Shown piece by piece: positions 1 through 12,740 of a stretch of DNA of 64,000 nt. The stretch is from Eledone cirrhosa. Taxonomy: Eukaryota. The DNA lies in contig OZ024742.1 in the NCBI GenBank assembly GCA_964016885.1, positions 378,634,001-378,698,000 of the forward strand. Reading direction: 5' to 3'. Each line of letters begins with the position of its first letter. The first letter of the stretch is position 1. Made by a program: the position numbers and the translations under genes. The notes beneath the pieces were generated by a model. That model was not told the origin of the DNA and did not search any database. It was given only the letters and a program-made list of their open reading frames with translations.

Positions 1-724
1 GTAGATCTATTGTAGCATTGAGCAGTCTATTGTATTAATGTTGTGGTCATTTGTAGCTCTATTGTAGCATCGAGCAGTCTATTGTATTAATGTTGTGGTC
101 AGTTGTATTCTATTGTAGCGCTGAGCAGTCTATTGTACTAATGTTGTGGTCATTTGTAGTCTATTGAAGCACTGATCAGTCTATTGTATTAATGTTGTGG
201 TCATTTGTAGCTCTATTGTAGCACTGAGCAGTCTATTGTATTAATGTTGTGGTCAGTTGTATTCTATTATAGCACTGAGCAGACTATTGTATTAATGTTG
301 TGGTCAATTGTAGTCTATTGTAGCACTGAGCAGTCTATTGTATTAGTGTTGTGGTCATTTGTAGCTCTATAGTAGCACTGAGCAGTCTATTGTATTAATG
401 TTGTGGTCAGTTGTAGTCTATTGTAGCACTGAGCAGTCTATTGTATTAATGTTGTGGTCATTTGTAGTCTATTGTAGCACTGAGCAGACTATTGTATTAA
501 TGTTGTGGTCATTTGTAGTCTATTGTAGCACTGAGCAGTCTAATTTATTAATCTTGTGGTCATTTGTAGCTCTATTGTAGCACTGAGCATTGTATTGTAT
601 TAATGTTGTGGTCATTTGTAGTCTATTGTAGCACTGAGCAGTCTATTGTATTAATGTCGTGGTCATTTGAAGTCTATTGTAGCACTGAGCAGTCTATTGT
701 ATTAATGTTGTGGTCATTTGTAGC

Positions 725-3700
725 TCTATTGTAGCACTGAGCAGTCTATTGTATTAATGTTGTGGTCATTTGTAGTCTATTGTAGCACTGAGCAGTCTAT
801 TGTATTAATGTTGTGGTCATTTGTAGGTCTATTGTAGCACTGAGCAGTCTATTGTATTAATATTGTGGTCATTGGTAGTCTATTGTAGCACTGAGCAGTC
901 TATTGTATTAATGTTGTGGTCATTTGTAGGTCTATTGTAGCACTGAGCAGTCTATTGTATTAATATTGTGGTCATTTGTAGTCTATTGTAGCACTGAATA
1001 GTCTATTGTATTAATTTTGTGGTCATTTGTTGTCTATTGTAGCACTGAGCAGTCTATTGTATTAATGTTGTGGTCATTTGTAGTCTAATGTAGCACTGAG
1101 CAGTCTATTGTATTAATGCTGTGGACGTTTGTAGTCTATTGTAGCACTGAGCAGTCTATTGTATTAATATTGTGGTCATTTGTAGTCTATTGTATCACTG
1201 AGCAGTCTATTGTATTAATGTTGTGGTCATTTGTAGTCTATTGTAGCACTGAGCAGTCTATTGTTTTAATGTTGTGGTCATTCGTAGATCTATTGTAGCA
1301 TTGAGCAGTCTATTGTATTAATGTTGTGGTCATTTGTAGCTCTATTGTAGCATTGAGCAGTCTATTGTATTAATGTTGTGGTCAGTTGTATTCTATTGTA
1401 GCACTGAGCAGACTATTGTATTAATGCTGTGGTCATTTGTAGCTCTATTGTAGCACTGAGCAGTCTATTGTATTAAAGTTGTGGTCATTTGTAGCTCTAT
1501 TGTAGCACTGATTAGTCTATTGTATTAATGTTGTGGTCAGTTGTATTCTATTGTAGCACTGAGCAGACTATTGTATTAATGTTGTGGTCAATTGTAGTCT
1601 ATTGTAGCACTGAGCAGTCTATTGTATTAGTGTTGTGGTCATTTGTAGCTCTATAGTAGCACTGAGCAGTCTATTGTATTAATGTTGTGGTCATTTTTTG
1701 TCTATTGTAGCACTGAGCAGTCTATTGTATTAATGTTGTGGTCATTTGTAGCTCTATTGTAGCACTGAGCAGTCTATTGTATTAATGTTGTGGTCATTTG
1801 TAGTCTATTGTAGCACTGAGCAGTCTATTGTATTAATGTTGTGGTCATTTGTAGTCCATCGTAGCACTGAGCAGTCTATTGTATTAATGTTATGGTCATT
1901 TGTAGTCTATTGTAGCACTGAGCAGTCTATTGTATTAATGTTGTGGTCATTTGTAGTCTATTGTAGCACTGAGCAGTTTATTGTATTAATGTTGTGGTCA
2001 TTTGTAGTCTTTTGTAGCACTGGGCATTGTATTGTATTAATGTTGTGGTCATTTGTAGCTCTATTGTAGCACTGAGCAGTCTATTATATTAATGTTGTGG
2101 TCATTTGTAGTCTATTGTAGCACTGAGCAGTCTATTGTATTAGTGTTGTGGTCATTTGTAGCTCTATTGTAGCACTGAGCAGTCTATTGTATTAATGTTG
2201 TGGTCAGTTTTAGTCTATTGTACCACTGAGCAGTCTATTTTATTAATGCTGTGGACATTTGTACTCTATTGTAGCACTGAGCAGTCTATTGTATTAATAT
2301 TGTGGTCATTTGTATTCTATTGTAGCACTGAGCAGTCTATTGTATTAATATTGTGGTCATTTGTAGTCTATTGTAGCACTGAGGAGTCTTTTGTATTACT
2401 GTTGTGGTCATTTGTAGTCTATTGTAGCACTGAGCAGTCTATTGTTTTAATATTGTGGTCATTTGTAGATCTATTGTAGCATTGAGCAGTCTATTGTATT
2501 AATGTTGTGGTCATTTGTAGCTCTATTGTAGCATTGAGCAGTCTATTGTATTAATGTTGTGGTCATTTGTAGTCTATTGTAGCACTGAGCAGTGTATTGT
2601 ATTAATGTTGTGGTCATTTGTAGCTCTATTGTAGCACTGAGCAGTCTATTGTATTAATGTTGTGGTAATTTGTAGTCTATTGTAGCACTGAGCAGTCTAT
2701 TGTATTAATGTTGTCGTCATTTGTAGTCTATTGTAGCACTGAGCAGTCTATTGTATTAATGTTGTGGTCATTTGTAGTCTATTGTAGCACTGAGCAGTCT
2801 ATTGTATTAATGTTGTGGTCATTTGTAGTCTATTGTAGCACTGAGCAGTCTATTGTATTAATGTTGTGGTCATTTGTAGTCTATGTGGTCATTTGTAGTC
2901 TATGTGGTCATTTGTAGTCTATTGTAGCACTGAGCAGTCTATTGTATTAATGTTGTGGTCATTTGTAGCTCTATTGTAGCACTGAGCAGTCTATTGTATT
3001 TATGTTGTGGTCATTTGTAGTCTATTGTAGCACTAAGCAGTCTATTGTATTAATGTTGTGGTCATTTGTTGTCTATTGTAGCACTGAGCAGTCTATTGTA
3101 TTAATGTTGTGGTCATTTGTAGTCTAATGTAGCACTGAGCAGTCTATTGTATTAATGCTGTGGACATTTGTAATCTATTGTAGCACTGAGCAGTCTATTG
3201 TATTAATATTGTGGTCATTTGTTGTCTATTGTAGCACTGAGCAGTCTATTGTATTAATGTTGTGGTCATTTGTAGTCTATTGTAGCACTGAGCAGTCTAT
3301 TGTATTAATGTTGTGGTCATTTGTAGGTCTATTGTAGCACTGAGCAGTCTATTGTATTAATATTGTGGTCATTGGTAGTCTATTGTAGCACTGAGCAGTC
3401 TATTGTATTAATGTTGTGGTCATTTGTAGGTCTATTGTAGCACTGAGCAGTCTATTGTATTAATATTGTGGTCATTTGTAGTCTATTGTAGCACTGAATA
3501 GTCTATTGTATTAATTTTGTGGTCATTTGTTGTCTATTGTAGCACTGAGCAGTCTATTGTATTAATGTTGTGGTCATTTGTAGTCTAATGTAGCACTGAG
3601 CAGTCTATTGTATTAATGCTGTGGACGTTTGTAGTCTATTGTAGCACTGAGCAGTCTATTGTATTAATATTGTGGTCATTTGTAGTCTATTGTATCACTG

Positions 3701-4739
3701 AGCAGTCTATTGTATTAATGTTGTGGTCATTTGTAGTCTATTGTAGCACTGAGCAGTCTATTGTTTTAATGTTGTGGTCATTCGTAGATCTATTGTAGCA
3801 TTGAGCAGTCTATTGTATTAATGTTGTGGTCATTTGTAGCTCTATTGTAGCATTGAGCAGTCTATTGTATTAATGTTGTGGTCAGTTGTATTCTATTGTA
3901 GCACTGAGCAGACTATTGTATTAATGCTGTGGTCATTTGTAGCTCTATTGTAGCACTGAGCAGTCTATTGTATTAAAGTTGTGGTCATTTGTAGCTCTAT
4001 TGTAGCACTGATTAGTCTATTGTATTAATGTTGTGGTCAGTTGTATTCTATTGTAGCACTGAGCAGACTATTGTATTAATGTTGTGGTCAATTGTAGTCT
4101 ATTGTAGCACTGAGCAGTCTATTGTATTAGTGTTGTGGTCATTTGTAGCTCTATAGTAGCACTGAGCAGTCTATTGTATTAATGTTGTGGTCATTTTTTG
4201 TCTATTGTAGCACTGAGCAGTCTATTGTATTAATGTTGTGGTCATTTGTAGCTCTATTGTAGCACTGAGCAGTCTATTGTATTAATGTTGTGGTCATTTG
4301 TAGTCTATTGTAGCACTGAGCAGTCTATTGTATTAATGTTGTGGTCATTTGTAGTCCATCGTAGCACTGAGCAGTCTATTGTATTAATGTTATGGTCATT
4401 TGTAGTCTATTGTAGCACTGAGCAGTCTATTGTATTAATGTTGTGGTCATTTGTAGTCTATTGTAGCACTGAGCAGTTTATTGTATTAATGTTGTGGTCA
4501 TTTGTAGTCTATTGTAGCACTGGGCATTGTATTGTATTAATGTTGTGGTCATTTGTAGCTCTATTGTAGCACTGAGCAGTCTATTATATTAATGTTGTGG
4601 TCATTTGTAGTCTATTGTAGCACTGAGCAGTCTATTGTATTAGTGTTGTGGTCATTTGTAGCTCTATTGTAGCACTGAGCAGTCTATTGTATTAATGTTG
4701 TGGTCAGTTTTAGTCTATTGTACCACTGAGCAGTCTATT
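725..4739. repeat. Segmental duplication within the array: ~725-2239 repeated at ~3225-4739 (offset 2500)
   Basis: Shared rare variants at identical offset: GTAGGTCT, CATTGGTA, CTGAATAG, GGACGTTT, TTCGTAGATC, GTCCATCG, TACCACTG. ORF-track pairs 1116/3616 and 1785/4285 differ by 2500. Confidence 0.93.
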
Positions 4740-6600
4740 GTATTAATGTTGTGGTCATTTGTAGCTCTATTGTAGCACTGAGCAGTCTATTGTATTAATG
4801 TTGTGGTCATTTGTAGCTCTATTGTAGCAATGAGCATTGTATTGTATTAATGTTGTGGTCATTTGTAGTCTATCGTAGCACTGAGCAGTCTATTGTATTA
4901 ATGTTGTGGTCATTTGTAGCTCTATTGTAGCACTGAGCAGTCTATTGTATTAATGTTGTGGTCATTTGTAGTCTATTGTAGCACTGAGCAGACTATTGTA
5001 TTAATGTTGTGGACATTTGTAGTCTATTGTAGCACTGAGCAGTCTATTTTATTAATGTTGTGGTCATTTGTAGCTCTATTGTAGCACTGAGCATTGTATT
5101 GTATTAATGTTGTGGTCATTTGTAGTCTATTGTAGCACTGAGCAGTCTATTGTATTAATGTTGTGGTCAATTGTAGCTCTATTGTAGCACTGAGCAGTCT
5201 ATTGTATTAATGTTGTGGTCATTTTTAGTCTATTGTAGCACTGAGCTGTCTATTCTATTAATGTTGTGGTCATTTGTAGTCTATTGTAGCACTGAGCAGT
5301 CTATTGTATTAATGTTGTGGTCATTTGTTGTCTATTGTAGCACTGAGCAGTCTATTGTATTAATGTTGTGGTCATTTGTAGTCTAATGTAGCACTGAGCA
5401 GTCTATTTTATTAATGCTGTGGACATTTGTACTCTATTGTAGCACTGAGCAGTCTATTGTATTAATATTGTGGTCATTTGTAGTCTATTGTAGCACTGAG
5501 CAGTCTATTGTATTAATATTGTGGTCATTTGTAGTCTATTGTAGCACTGAGGAGTCTTTTGTATTACTGTTGTGGTCATTTGTAGTCTATTGTAGCACTG
5601 AGCAGTCTATTGTTTTAATATTGTGGTCATTTGTAGATCTATTGTAGCATTGAGCAGTCTATTGTATTAATGTTGTGGTCATTTGTAGCTCTATTGTAGC
5701 ATTGAGCAGTCTATTGTATTAATGTTGTGGTCATTTGTAGTCTATTGTAGCACTGAGCAGTGTATTGTATTAATGTTGTGGTCATTTGTAGCTCTATTGT
5801 AGCACTGAGCAGTCTGTTGTATTAATGTTGTGGTAATTTGTAGTCTATTGTAGCACTGAGCAGTCTATTGTATTAATGTTGTGGTAATTTGTAGTCTATT
5901 GTAGCACTGAGCAGTCTATTGTATTAATGTTGTGGTAATTTGTAGTCTATTGTAGCACTGAGCAGTCTATTGTATTAATGTTGTCGTCATTTGTAGTCTA
6001 TTGTAGCACTGAGCAGTCTATTGTATTAATGTTGTGGTCATTTGTAGTCTATTGTAGCACTGAGCAGTCTATTGTATTAATGTTGTGGTCATTTGTAGTC
6101 TATTGTAGCACTGAGCAGTCTATTGTATTAATGTTGTGGTCATTTGTAGTCTATGTGGTCATTTGTAGTCTATGTGGTCATTTGTAGTCTATTGTAGCAC
6201 TGAGCAGTCTATTGTATTAATGTTGTGATCATTTGTAGCTCTATTGTAGCACTGAGCAGTCTATTGTATTAATGTTGTGGTCATCCGTAGTCTATTGTAA
6301 CACTGAGCAGTCTATTGTATTAATGTTGTGGTCATTTGTAGCTCTATTGTAGCACTGAGCAGTCTATTGTATTTATGTTGTGGTCATTTGTAGTCTATCG
6401 TAGCACTAAGCAGTCTATTGTATTAATGTTGTGGTCATTTGTTGTCTATTGTAGCACTGAGCAGTCTATTGTATTAATGTTGTGGTCATTTGTAGTCTAA
6501 TGTAGCACTGAGCAGTCTTTTGTATTAATGCTGTGGACATTTGTAATCTATTGTAGCACTGAGCAGTCTATTGTATTAATATTGTGGTCATTTGTTGTCT
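2231..6600. repeat. Segmental duplication: ~2231-3225 repeated at ~5400-6600 (offset 3168, stepping to 3270 and 3373)
   Basis: Shared GTACTCT, GAGGAGTCTTTTGTATTACT, GTGGTAATT, the triple 19-mer, GTATTTATG and GTAATCTA. Offsets step by +102 and +103, which is two monomers each. Confidence 0.88.
2865..2921 (+). repeat. Three tandem copies of the 19-bp sub-monomer TGTGGTCATTTGTAGTCTA (also at ~6135 and ~14028; two-copy form at ~15966, 24654, 30884, 44464, 46535, 48658, 52734, 57582, 61912)
   Basis: Read directly as ...GTAGTCTATGTGGTCATTTGTAGTCTATGTGGTCATTTGTAGTCTATTG... Confidence 0.92.
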
Positions 6601-7289
6601 ATTGTAGCACGGAGCAGTCTATTGTATTAATGTTGTGGTCATTTGTAGTCTATTGTAGCACTGAGCAGTCTATTGTTTTAATGTTGTGGTCATTTGTAGT
6701 CTATTGTAGCACTGAGCAGTCTATTGTTTTAATGTTGTGGTCATTTGTAGATCTATTGTAGCATTGAGCAGTCTATTGTATTAATGTTGTGGTCATTTGT
6801 AGCTCTATTGTAGCATTGAGCAGTCTATTATATTAATGTTGTGGTCAGTTGTATTCTATTGTAGCACTGAGCAGACTATTGTATTAATGCTGTGGTCATT
6901 TGTAGCTCTATTGTAGCACTGAGCAGTCTATTGTATTAATGTTGTGGTCATTTGTAGCTCTATTGTAGCACTGAGCAGTCTATTGTATTAATGTTGTGGT
7001 CAGTTGTATTCTATTTTAGCACTGAGCAGACTATTGTTTTAATGTTGTGGTCAATTGTAGTCTATTGTAGCACTGAGCAGTCTATTGTATTAGTGTTTGG
7101 TCATTTGTAGCTCTATAGTAGCACTGATCAGTCCATTGTATTAATGTTGTGGTCAGTTGTAGTCTATTGTAGCACTGAGCAGTCTATTGTATTAATGTTG
7201 TGGTCATTTGTAGTCTATTGTAGCACTGAGCAGTGTATCGTATTAATGTTGCGGTCATTTTTAGCTCTATTGTAGCACTGAGCAGTCTA

Positions 7290-10200
7290 TTGTATTAATG
7301 TTGTGGTCATTTGTAGTCTATTGTAGCACCGGGCATTGTATTGTATTAATGTTGTGGTCATTTGTAGCTCTATTGTAGCACTGAGCAGTCTATTATATTA
7401 ATGTTGTGGTCATTTGTAGTCTATTGTAGCACTGAGCAGTCTATTGTATTAATGTTGTGGTCATTTGTAGTCTAATGTAGCACTGAGCAGTCTATTGTAT
7501 TAATGCTGTGGACATTTGTAGTCTATTATAGCACTGAGCAGTCTATTGTATTAATATTGTGGTCATTTGTAGCTCTATTGTAGCAATGAGCATTGTATTG
7601 TATTAATGTTGTGGTCATTTGTAGTCTATCGTAGAACTGAGCAGTCTATTGTATTAATGTTGTGGTCATTTGTAGCTCTATTGTAGCACTGAGCAGTCTA
7701 TTGTATTAATGTTGTGGTCAGTTGTATTCTATTGTAGCACTGAGCAGACTAATGTATTAATGTTGTGGTCAATTGTAGTCTATTGTAGCACTGAGCAGTC
7801 TATTGTATTAGTGTTGTGGTCATTTGTAGCTCTATAGTAGCACTGAGCAGTCTATTGTATTAATGTTGTGGTCATTTGTAGTCTATTGTAGCACTGAGCA
7901 GTCTATTGTATTAATGTTGTGGTCAGTTGTATTCTATTGTAGCACTGAGCAGACTAATGTATTAATGTTGTCGTCATTTGTAGTCTATTGTAGCACTGAG
8001 CAGTCTATTGTATTAAAGTTGTGGTCATTTGTAGCTCTATTGTAGCACTGAGCAGTCTATTGTATTAATGTTGTGGTCATTTGTTGTCTATTGTAGCACT
8101 GAGCAGTCTATTGTATTAATGTTGTGGTCATTTGTAGTCTAATGTAGCACTGAGCAGTCTATTGTATTAATGCTGTGGACATTTGTAGTCTATTATAGCA
8201 CTGAGCAGTCTATTGTATTAATATTGTGGTCATTTGTAGTCTATTGTAGCACTGAGCAGTCTATTGTATTAATGTTGTGTTCATTTGTAGTCTATTGTAG
8301 CACTGAGCAGTCTATTGTATTAATATTGTGGTCATTTGTAGTCTATTGTAGCACTGAGCAGTCTATTGTATTAATGTTGTGTTCATTTGTAGTCTATTGT
8401 AGCACTGAGCAGTCTATTGTTTTAATGTTGTGGTCATTTGTAGATCTATTGTAGCATTGAGAAGTCTATTGTATTAATGTTGTGGTCATCTGTAGCTCTA
8501 TTGTAGCACTGAGCAGTCTATTGTATTAGTGTTGTGGTCATTTGTAGCTCTATAGTAGCACTGAGCAGTCTATTGTATTAATGTTGTGGTCAGTTGTAGT
8601 CTATTGTAGCACTGAGCAGTCTATTGTATTAATGTTGTGGTCATTTGTAGCTCTATTGTAGCACTGAGCATTGTATTGTATTAATGTTGTGGTGATTTGT
8701 AGTCTATTGTAGCACTGAGCAGTCTATTGTATTAATATTGTGGTCATTTGTAGTCTATTGTAGCACTGAGCAGTCTATTGTATTAATGTTGTGGACATTT
8801 GTAGCTCTATTGTAGCACTGCGCAGTCTATCGTATTAATGTTGTCGTCATTTGTAGTCTATTGTAGCACTGAGCAGTCTATTGTATTAATGTTGTGGTCA
8901 TTTGTAGCTCTATATTAGCACTGAGCAGTCTATTGTATTAATGTTGTGGTCATTTGTTGTCTATTGTAGCACTGAGCAGTCTATTGTATTAATGTTGTGG
9001 TCATTTGTAGTCTAATGTAGCACTGAGCAGTCTATTGTATTAATGCTGTGGACATTTGTAGTCTATTATAGCACTGAGCAGTCTATTGTATTAATATTGT
9101 GGTCATTTGTAGCTCTATTGTAGCAATGAGCATTGTATTGTATTAATGTTGTGGTCATTTGTAGTCTATCGTAGAACTGAGCAGTCTATTGTATTAATGT
9201 TGTGGTCATTTGTAGCTCTATTGTAGCACTGAGCAGTCTATTGTATTAATGTTGTGGTCAGTTGTATTCTATTGTAGCACTGAGCAGACTATTGTATTAA
9301 TGTTGTGGTCAATTGTAGTCTATTGTAGCACTGAGCAGTCTATTGTATTAGTGTTGTGGTCATTTGTAGCTCTATAGTAGCACTGAGCAGTCTATTGTAT
9401 TAATGTTGTGGTCATTTGTAGTCTATCGTAGCACTGAGCAGTCTATTTTATTAATGTTGTGTTCATTTGTAGCTCTATTGTAGCACTGAGCAGTCTATTG
9501 TATTAATGTTGTGGTCAGTTGTATTCTATTGTAGCACTGAGCAGACTATTGTATTAATGTTGTGGTCAATTGTAGTCTATTGTAGCACTGAGCAGTCTAT
9601 TGTATTAGTGTTGTGGTCATTTGTAGCTCTATAGTAGCACTGAGCAGTCTATTGTATTAATGTTGTGGTCATTTGTAGCTCTATTGTAGCACTGAGCATT
9701 GTATTGTATTAATGTTGTGGTCATTTGTAGTCTATTGTAGCACTGAGCAGTCTATTGTATTAATATTGTGGTCATTTGTAGTCTATTGTAGCACTGAGCA
9801 GTCTATTGTATTAATGTTGTGGACATTTGTAGCTCTATTGTAGCACTGCGCAGTCTATCATATTAATGTTGTCGTCATTTGTAGTCTATTGTAGCACTGA
9901 GCAGTCTATTGTATTAATGTTGTGGTCATTTGTAGTCTATTGTAGCACCGGGCATTGTATTGTATTAATGTTGTGGTCATTTGTAGCTCTATTGTAGCAC
10001 TGAGCAGTCTATTATATTAATGTTGTGGTCATTTGTAGTCTATTGTAGCACTGAGCAGTCTATTGTATTAATGTTGTGGTCATTTGTAGTCTAATGTAGC
10101 ACTGAGCAGTCTATTGTATTAATGCTGTGGACATTTGTAGTCTATTATAGCACTGAGCAGTCTATTGTATTAATATTGTGGTCATTTGTAGCTCTATTGT

Positions 10201-12740
10201 AGCAATGAGCATTGTATTGTATTAATGTTGTGGTCATTTGTAGTCTATCGTAGAACTGAGCAGTCTATTGTATTAATGTTGTGGTCATTTGTAGCTCTAT
10301 TGTAGCACTGAGCAGTCTATTGTATTAATGTTGTGGTCAGTTGTATTCTATTGTAGCACTGAGCAGACTAATGTATTAATGTTGTGGTCAATTGTAGTCT
10401 ATTGTAGCACTGAGCAGTCTATTGTATTAGTGTTGTGGTCATTTGTAGCTCTATAGTAGCACTGAGCAGTCTATTGTATTAATGTTGTGGTCATTTGTAG
10501 TCTATTGTAGCACTGAGCAGTCTATTGTATTAATGTTGTGGTCAGTTGTATTCTATTGTAGCACTGAGCAGACTAATGTATTAATGTTGTCGTCATTTGT
10601 AGTCTATTGTAGCACTGAGCAGTCTATTGTATTAAAGTTGTGGTCATTTGTAGCTCTATTGTAGCACTGAGCAGTCTATTGTATTAATGTTGTGGTCATT
10701 TGTTGTCTATTGTAGCACTGAGCAGTCTATTGTATTAATGTTGTGGTCATTTGTAGTCTAATGTAGCACTGAGCAGTCTATTGTATTAATGCTGTGGACA
10801 TTTGTAGTCTATTATAGCACTGAGCAGTCTATTGTATTAATATTGTGGTCATTTGTAGCTCTATTGTAGCACTGAGCAGTCTATTGTATTAATGTTGTGT
10901 TCATTTGTAGTCTATTGTAGCACTGAGCAGTCTATTGTATTAATATTGTGGTCATTTGTAGTCTATTGTAGCACTGAGCAGTCTATTGTATTAATATTGT
11001 GGTCATTTGTAGTCTATTGTAGCACTGAGCAGTCTATTGTATTAATGTTGTGTTCATTTGTAGTCTATTGTAGCACTGAGCAGTCTATTGTATTAATATT
11101 GTGGTCATTTGTAGTCTATTGTAGCACTGAGCAGTCTATTGTATTAATGTTGTGTTCATTTGTAGTCTATTGTAGCACTGAGCAGTCTATTGTTTTAATG
11201 TTGTGGTCATTTGTAGATCTATTGTAGCATTGAGCAGTCTATTGTATTAATGTTGTGGTCATCTGTAGCTCTATTGTAGCACTGAGCAGTCTATTGTATT
11301 AGTGTTGTGGTCATTTGTAGCTCTATAGTAGCACTGAGCAGTCTATTGTATTAATGTTGTGGTCAGTTGTAGTCTATTGTAGCACTGAGCAGTCTATTGT
11401 ATTAATGTTGTGGTCATTTGTAGCTCTATTGTAGCACTGAGCATTGTATTGTATTAATGTTGTGGTGATTTGTAGTCTATTGTAGCACTGAGCAGTCTAT
11501 TGTATTAATATTGTGGTCATTTGTAGTCTATTGTAGCACTGAGCAGTCTATTGTATTAATGTTGTGGACATTTGTAGCTCTATTGTAGCACTGTGCAGTC
11601 TATCGTATTAATGTTGTCGTCATTTGTAGTCTATTGTAGCACTGAGCAGTCTATTGTATTAATGTTGTGTTCATTTGTAGCTCTATTGTAGCACTGAGCA
11701 GTCTATTGTATTAATGTTGTGGTCATTTGTTGTCTATTGTAGCACTGAGCAGTCTATTGTATTAATGTTGTGGTCATTTGTAGTCTAATGTAGCACTGAG
11801 CAGTCTATTGTATTAATGCTGTGGACATTTGTAGTCTATTATAGCACTGAGCAGTCTATTGTATTAATATTGTGGTCATTTGTAGCTCTATTGTAGCAAT
11901 GAGCATTGTATTGTATTAATGTTGTGGTCATTTGTAGTCTATCGTAGAACTGAGCAGTCTATTGTATTAATGTTGTGGTCATTTGTAGCTCTATTGTAGC
12001 ACTGAGCAGTCTATTGTATTAATGTTGTGGTCAGTTGTATTCTATTGTAGCACTGAGCATACTATTGTATTAATGTTGTGGTCAATTGTAGTCTATTGTA
12101 GCACTGAGCAGTCTATTGTATTAGTGTTGTGGTCATTTGTAGCTCTATAGTAGCACTGAGCAGTCTATTGTATTAATGTTGTGGTCATTTGTAGTCTATC
12201 GTAGCACTGAGCAGTCTATTTTATTAATGTTGTGTTCATTTGTAGCTCTATTGTAGCACTGAGCAGTCTATTGTATTAATGTTGTGGTCAGTTGTATTCT
12301 ATTGTAGCACTGAGCAGACTATTGTATTAATGTTGTGGTCAATTGTAGTCTATTGTAGCACTGAGCAGTCTATTGTATTAGTGTTGTGGTCATTTGTAGC
12401 TCTATAGTAGCACTGAGCAGTCTATTGTATTAATGTTGTGGTCAGTTGTAGTCTATTGTAGCACTGAGCAGTCTATTGTATTAATGTTGTGGTCATTTGT
12501 AGCTCTATTGTAGCACTGAGCATTGTATTGTATTAATGTTGTGGTCATTTGTAGTCTATTGTAGCACTGAGCAGTCTATTGTATTAATATTGTGGTCATT
12601 TGTAGTCTATTGTAGCACTGAGCAGTCTATTGTATTAATGTTGTGGACATTTGTAGCTCTATTGTAGCACTGCGCAGTCTATCGTATTAATGTTGTCGTC
12701 ATTTGTAGTCTATTGTAGCACTGAGCAGTCTATTGTATTA
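7290..12740. repeat. Tandem segmental duplication: ~7290-9910 and ~9910-12740 (offset 2619, stepping to 2773 and 2824)
   Basis: Shared CACCGGGCATT (7327/9946), GTAGAACT, CAGACTAATG, ATTAAAGTT, CATCTGTAG and CTGCGCAG. ORF pair 7863/10482; ORF ends 8454/11227. Confidence 0.9.

Noticed and set aside
725-4739. Exactly 2500-bp offset suggesting a synthetic or artefactual construct
   Set aside because: 2500 decomposes naturally as 48 monomers plus two 19-bp extras plus 14 single-base insertions, and the copies differ (TCTTTTGT at ~2010 vs TCTATTGT at ~4510). The round number is a coincidence.
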